From assembly GCA_023920165.1 (NCBI GenBank), contig CP089279.1, positions 1,550,001 to 1,614,000 of the forward strand: a DNA stretch of 64,000 nucleotides, given 5' to 3'. The number at the start of each line of letters is the position of its first letter. Position 1 is the stretch's first letter. The position numbers and the translations under genes were made by a program. Shown here piece after piece: positions 59,448 to 64,000 of the stretch. The notes under the pieces are model-generated. The model was not told where the DNA came from, ran no database searches, and saw nothing but the letters and a program-made list of their open reading frames with translations. This DNA comes from Curvularia clavata. Taxonomy: Eukaryota.

Positions 59448-61165
59448 ATGTATTTGATCAACACCACTACTTTTGAACTCCGTCCATTCTTGGGTAAAAT
59501 TCCGCCTTATGTGATCTTGTCGCATACATGGGGCGACGATGAAGTCACATTCGAAAGCATGCACCCCCCCCCCCCCCCCCCCCCCCCGATAAACTGGGGA
59601 GGGACTCCTACGGACATAGGAAGATCAGGCAATGCTGCAAGCAGGCAAAAAAGGATGGTTACAAATGGGCTTGGGTTGACACTTGCTGCATTGATAAGAG
59701 GAGTAGTGCTGAGCTGAGTGAAGCTATCAACTCCATGTATAGGTATTATTGGGCGGCCGACAAATGCTACGCGTATCTGTCGGATGTTTGTGTCAAGCAT
59801 GAACAACCGGGCACAACAAAGCACACGTCCTCATGCGATGCAACTCAGCGACTTCAAACGCTGACTGGAAATCGCCCTGATACATCCATCCAGAGTTCAG
59901 AAAGGGTATTAGGACTTCTGACAGGTTCGAGCTGGTTTAAACGCGGTTGGACTCTACAAGAATTGCTTGCACCTGCAGTCGTGGAGTTTTACGACATACA
60001 CTGGACACTCCTTGGTACGAAATCAAATTTGGCGACCGAAATCGGAAAAGTAACAGAGATCAACGTGCGGTATTTATATGACAGGACATCGATCAAAACT
60101 GCTAGCATAGGGCTTCGGCTCAGCTGGGCATCGAAAAGACAAACTATCCGAGACGAAGACATTGCCTATTGCCTACTGGGAATCGTTGGAGTCAATATGC
60201 CACTACTTTACGGTGAAGGCAGACGAGCTTTTCGAAGGTTACAAATTGAACTCCTCAAGAAAACTAGAGACCACACAATGTTTTTGTGGTCAGACTACGG
60301 AGTTGAACCAGGTTTAAGCAGTCTAACACAGCGCTTAAACAGTTTCTTGTCCCCAACACCGCTCTTTTTCGTAGACCCTGTTCTGGAAAATGCTCGTCCG
60401 ACATTCTTTCAGCCATTGGTGGAAAGTAGTGTACTGGAAATGACAGCTCTTGGCCTCCATATAACTCTGCCTTGCATCGAAAAGTTTTTCCATGGCCAAA
60501 CCGTCGCAGTGTTAGATTGTTTGAAAGATGGTAGTAAACGCATAGGACTTATACTGCTGGAATGGAACGATGGCCGATACCAAAGATCCAAATATCCATT
60601 TTTTCAAGCAGTGGGTCCTGATCAGATCAGCCGAGCAGTTACAAAAGAATTGTATATCGTTGACGAAGAGTTGGAAGAGCGAGAGGATAGGAGAATGCCA
60701 TGGTGTCAATTCAAAGTGGACGCCCTCACAGTGGAAGGTATACCCAAATCTCATGTCCTTGGGTATATGATAGATGACTGCTCAAGCGCCGGCATACTTA
60801 ACTACCAGAACGCACGCAATTTCTGTAATCATATTGCCGAGGTTTGGCAGCATGAAGCTATTGGCTATATTATCAAGTTGCGCTCCGTGACTATTGCGGT
60901 TTTGACCGCGAACTTGAACGGCCAGTCGTGGCTAAGGATCGTGGTGAGTGACGATAAATTGGCCAAAGAAGAGGTTGAAGCGTTCACTAAGAAGTTTACT
61001 CTAGGGTTTCCATCCGAATATCTTCGAGACTCCGCAACTGCTTCTATAGGCACGGAATTACAGGTTGATGTACATGCCAGAAGAAATCTACTTCGTGTAG
61101 AAGGTCATGTGTTTCCCTCTTGGCAGCTATCGATCCATATTCAGGCTGGTGACTCCATGCCATAG
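59448..61165 (+). pseudogene. HET-domain (heterokaryon incompatibility, HET-E-like N-terminus) gene, frameshifted at a poly-C tract as assembled
   Basis: One frame gives MYLINTTT...YVILSHTWGDDEVTF. After the C24 run a different frame gives DKLGRDSYGHRKIRQCCKQAKKDGYKWAWVDTCCIDKRSSAELSEAINSMYRYY...WFKRGWTLQELLAP...EDIAYCLLGIVGVNMPLLYGEG, open to 61165. No other lesions seen. Confidence 0.85.
59564..59587 (+). repeat. C24 homopolymer (G24 on the minus strand)
   Basis: 24 consecutive C, counted directly. Confidence 0.95.
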
Positions 61166-62247
61166 CGCTGACGGCGCAGCCATCCCGTTAGCGTTGTTAC
61201 GCACTTCTCTTTTCTGCCAGTTTGCATATGATGTTATATCTATTTATGGGTAGAATGAAAGATGTATTCGCGTGGAATGAAGCTTCAGATCATATACATG
61301 CTTCCATCAGATCTAATTGGTCAAAGAAAAGTATCGGATACGCGTGTTCAGATGGAGCTCCGAAAACCCTAGTAAGAAAGGAAGAGTCTGATCAAGACAT
61401 GTACGCCTATCAAACAACGCTGGAGCTTCAGCAAAACTCAGACTGAGCTACTTTTACCGCAAGCTTCTACAGCAGCCGTCCCTGGAATCGGAACATTATC
61501 ACAGCTTCTGAATATCTCTTATATCTCACTTGAGACACATTTACCCCTCTTTTTGTCGTGGTTTTCCTTCCCGCCGTTACACAGCTGCAGCTGCAGCACG
61601 CCGTTGTACTACGCGTGCAACGTGGAGAGACGAAAAGAGCTCGGTTTCAGCGCTATGTACTGCATGTTTTTGTTGTAACAACTGCGAAAGCAATAACAAT
61701 AACGGACGATTACGGACAACGAAGAGTGTGCTTGACAATGAGTTGATGTTTGCTTGGGAGACTGAGTGAGATACTGGAAGTCCTTTTTCCTCGTTTGGAT
61801 GGATAGTTGCTTGGTTGTTGCACCGGTTTCCCTCACTTGTCTAGTACACAGATGGCAAAGCTTTTCGAGTCCGAAGATGCACGCACGTGTTCAACATTGT
61901 CGCTATACACGAATCAAGTGAGTAAGTGAAGGTTACCGGGTTGAATGGGGAGAGTGAACACTTAACTTCAGCCTTCCCCTCACTCTTTCCCTGTTCTCCC
62001 ACTGCGATACTGGTAAGGGACGTGATCAAGCAAAGTAGCACTGCAGGTGGCACTGCGGTAAATGAGCCATGCATAGACAAGTCCAGGCACCTGATGGCAT
62101 TTTTGTCCGGGAACTCTTCTATTTTCTCTTCTCCTCCTCCCCTTTTTCGCTTTGCAGACCTTTCATCTCATCAAGTTTGTTTCTCCGCTAGTTTTCTGAG
62201 TCAAAATCCTTTTTCCCTCTTCAACTACTGTTGTTGTAGAAGTCAAG

Positions 62248-62939
62248 ATGCTAGTGCTGGGCAAAACGATAGTACTGTGTAGCCGTGCCTGGGCGCAGGC
62301 TAGTGGCCGAGTACACCAGCTAGTTGAACGATATTCCGGAAAGGCAAGGCATGTAAGTAGAAAAAGGCAAATACACTCCCTGCTTTCAACTCTTATGTGA
62401 TAAGCAAAACGAGAATATCCTCTGTAAGGAGTCTACACCACTAACCTTTCTACCAGTCACACACTCTCGAGCCCTCCTCTCAACCATATAATGTCTCCAC
62501 AATCCGCGTTCATCCTCTTCCTGAGAAAATAACATACACGCCGACTTCCCCACCCACACCCGCAGACCCCGCTCCACGTCTCAGCCCAGCGGCAAAAGCA
62601 GGTATCATAACTGCCTGCATCATCATCTTCATCCTGATTTCCTTTCTCACCCTCGAATTCGCATACCTTGGGCGTCAGCGGCACGCCCGCGCGGTTCAGC
62701 AAGCGCAGCGCGAGGTCGAGCAAGGACGTGTGGAGCTGGATGATAAAGACGGGAGAGAGATGAAAGAACATGTGGTGTTGGAGAGCCGGGTAGAGATTGT
62801 GGTTGAGAGCGAAGAGGAGGCGCAGGGAAGTAGCGTGGGCGGGAGCTGGAGGGAGGGTTGTGTGGAGGAGGCGGATGGTGAGGTCGGGGTGTGGGGCAGT
62901 GAGAGGAGGGGGATGAGTTTGCAGAGAAGGGAGTACTAG
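62248..62939 (+). CDS. Small (~195 aa) single-pass membrane protein, hypothetical
   Basis: ATG 62248 and intron 62353..62456 (GTAAGT...CTAAC...CAG, phase 0). Then a Pro/Thr-rich stalk, LSPAAKAGIITACIIIFILISFLTLEFAYLGRQRH (TM plus basic stop-transfer) and an acidic tail continuous with ORF 62730..62939. Confidence 0.55.
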
Positions 62940-63320
62940 AGTTGCCTCAAAGGAGATGTTTGAGTTCGTAATGTGGTGTAGGAAGGATCTGGAAAGGTCT
63001 CACAACTAGCTAATACTAGCCTTGGTAACGTGGCGTACAAGTGTTAAGGTAAATTCAAAATGGAAGACTTTTTAGCATGATGAAACTGGGTGAGATAATG
63101 GTAAGCGGCCACAATCAGAGGGCAGCTTTTCTTGAAATTCTCCTAAATATTATGATAAAATCCAATGCATCGTCCGAAAACTGAGTGTGCCAAGTTGGAA
63201 GATTACATATGCCAACGTGTTCACGGTCCGTTCACTACATGCAAGAAAGCCTTTCATAAAAGCCGAAATTGGGAATATATTCAAATACAGAACTTCTGCA
63301 TGATAGAACACTTGGCGTGT

Positions 63321-64000
63321 CTAGGCCCATGAAAAGTGCTCCGTATGCAAGTAAACGCCTCCCGTTTTGGCACCACTGATTATCTTCAAGTTCTCCGCTG
63401 CTACAGCATTCCGTACATCATTTTGCATCGTCTTAGGCCCACAAACATATACATTCAGCGTCTCGTTTGCACTTGCTACTTTCTCAGCTTCTTCATGCAC
63501 GATGAGAGGTAGCCGTGGTCGGCCAGCGTACTCTGCGCTGGGCGCAGCCGTCGCATCTTCTTTCTCGATATCTACTATCGCTTCGTTTGAAGCCTCAGAA
63601 GGCACAGAACGGGTCGTTTGTTGTGCTGTTTTTAGTGGTAGATCCGCTTGTTCCGCAGCTTCTCCAGTAAGATAGACTTGGATTTGAACGGACGAGCTTG
63701 CGGTTGGGCATCGTTCAAGCATGGCATGTACAGTTTGCTCGAACCATAGGCGGCTTTTGACATCGCGGGTCGCAAGTACAACACGGAGTGATGTGGCGTT
63801 TCGGTGCGACGTGCGGGATGCCGTCTTGTTGACGCTTTCTAGTGGCCCTTGCTCTTCGTCCTTGGAAGTTGTGGCTGATTGAATGAAATGCTCGATAAAT
63901 GGCAAGGTCCATCCTGCGCCAGAACCACCAGCAATGACGAGAAGGTGATCCGCATTACAGAGCCGTAGCCAGCTGACACCGCCATAAGGGCCATCCACGA
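63321..64000 (-). CDS. Ferric/cupric reductase (FRE/NOX family), C-terminal NAD(P)H-binding part, partial
   Basis: Motifs VDGPYG, LVIAGGSGAG, VYVCGP and terminal HTEHFSWA*. The gene begins beyond the window. Confidence 0.9.
   Translation of the reverse strand, partial: VDGPYGGVSWLRLCNADHLLVIAGGSGAGWTLPFIEHFIQSATTSKDEEQGPLESVNKTASRTSHRNATSLRVVLATRDVKSRLWFEQTVHAMLERCPTASSSVQIQVYLTGEAAEQADLPLKTAQQTTRSVPSEASNEAIVDIEKEDATAAPSAEYAGRPRLPLIVHEEAEKVASANETLNVYVCGPKTMQNDVRNAVAAENLKIISGAKTGGVYLHTEHFSWA

Overview
Gene-dense euchromatic window from a filamentous ascomycete. Short GT-AG introns with CTAAC/CTGAC branch sites and the gene content suggest Dothideomycetes/Pleosporales, but that placement is an inference. 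I hand-spliced about 22 protein-coding genes. In order: a partial degenerate TPT-like membrane protein, NEO1 flippase, SEC16, an amino acid permease, a Raf1/DIM-9-like WD40 protein, a sugar porter, a GH35 beta-galactosidase, SMC5, DBF2, a San1-type RING protein, FUM1, a DAL5/TNA1-family MFS transporter, a Zn-finger-like hypothetical, a secreted zincin-like protein, an RnpA-like small protein, eIF1A, RAD1/XPF, CBP4, SKT5/CHS4, a HET-domain gene, a small single-TM protein and a partial ferric reductase. There is also one dispersed, sequence-variant 5S rRNA gene. The four most notable observations: (1) the HET cell-death domain gene is put out of frame by a C24 homopolymer inside the domain, which is either a slippage on/off switch or a sequencing error; (2) a small basic protein has the strand/helix order and an RNR-like motif of bacterial RNase P protein (RnpA); (3) a secreted M35/zincin-like protein lacks HExxH and gains a GPI-type tail through an exon missed by the ORF track; (4) the 5S rRNA variant carries compensatory helix changes. 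No transposons or CRISPR arrays were recognised. All family assignments come from motif recognition by eye, not database searches.
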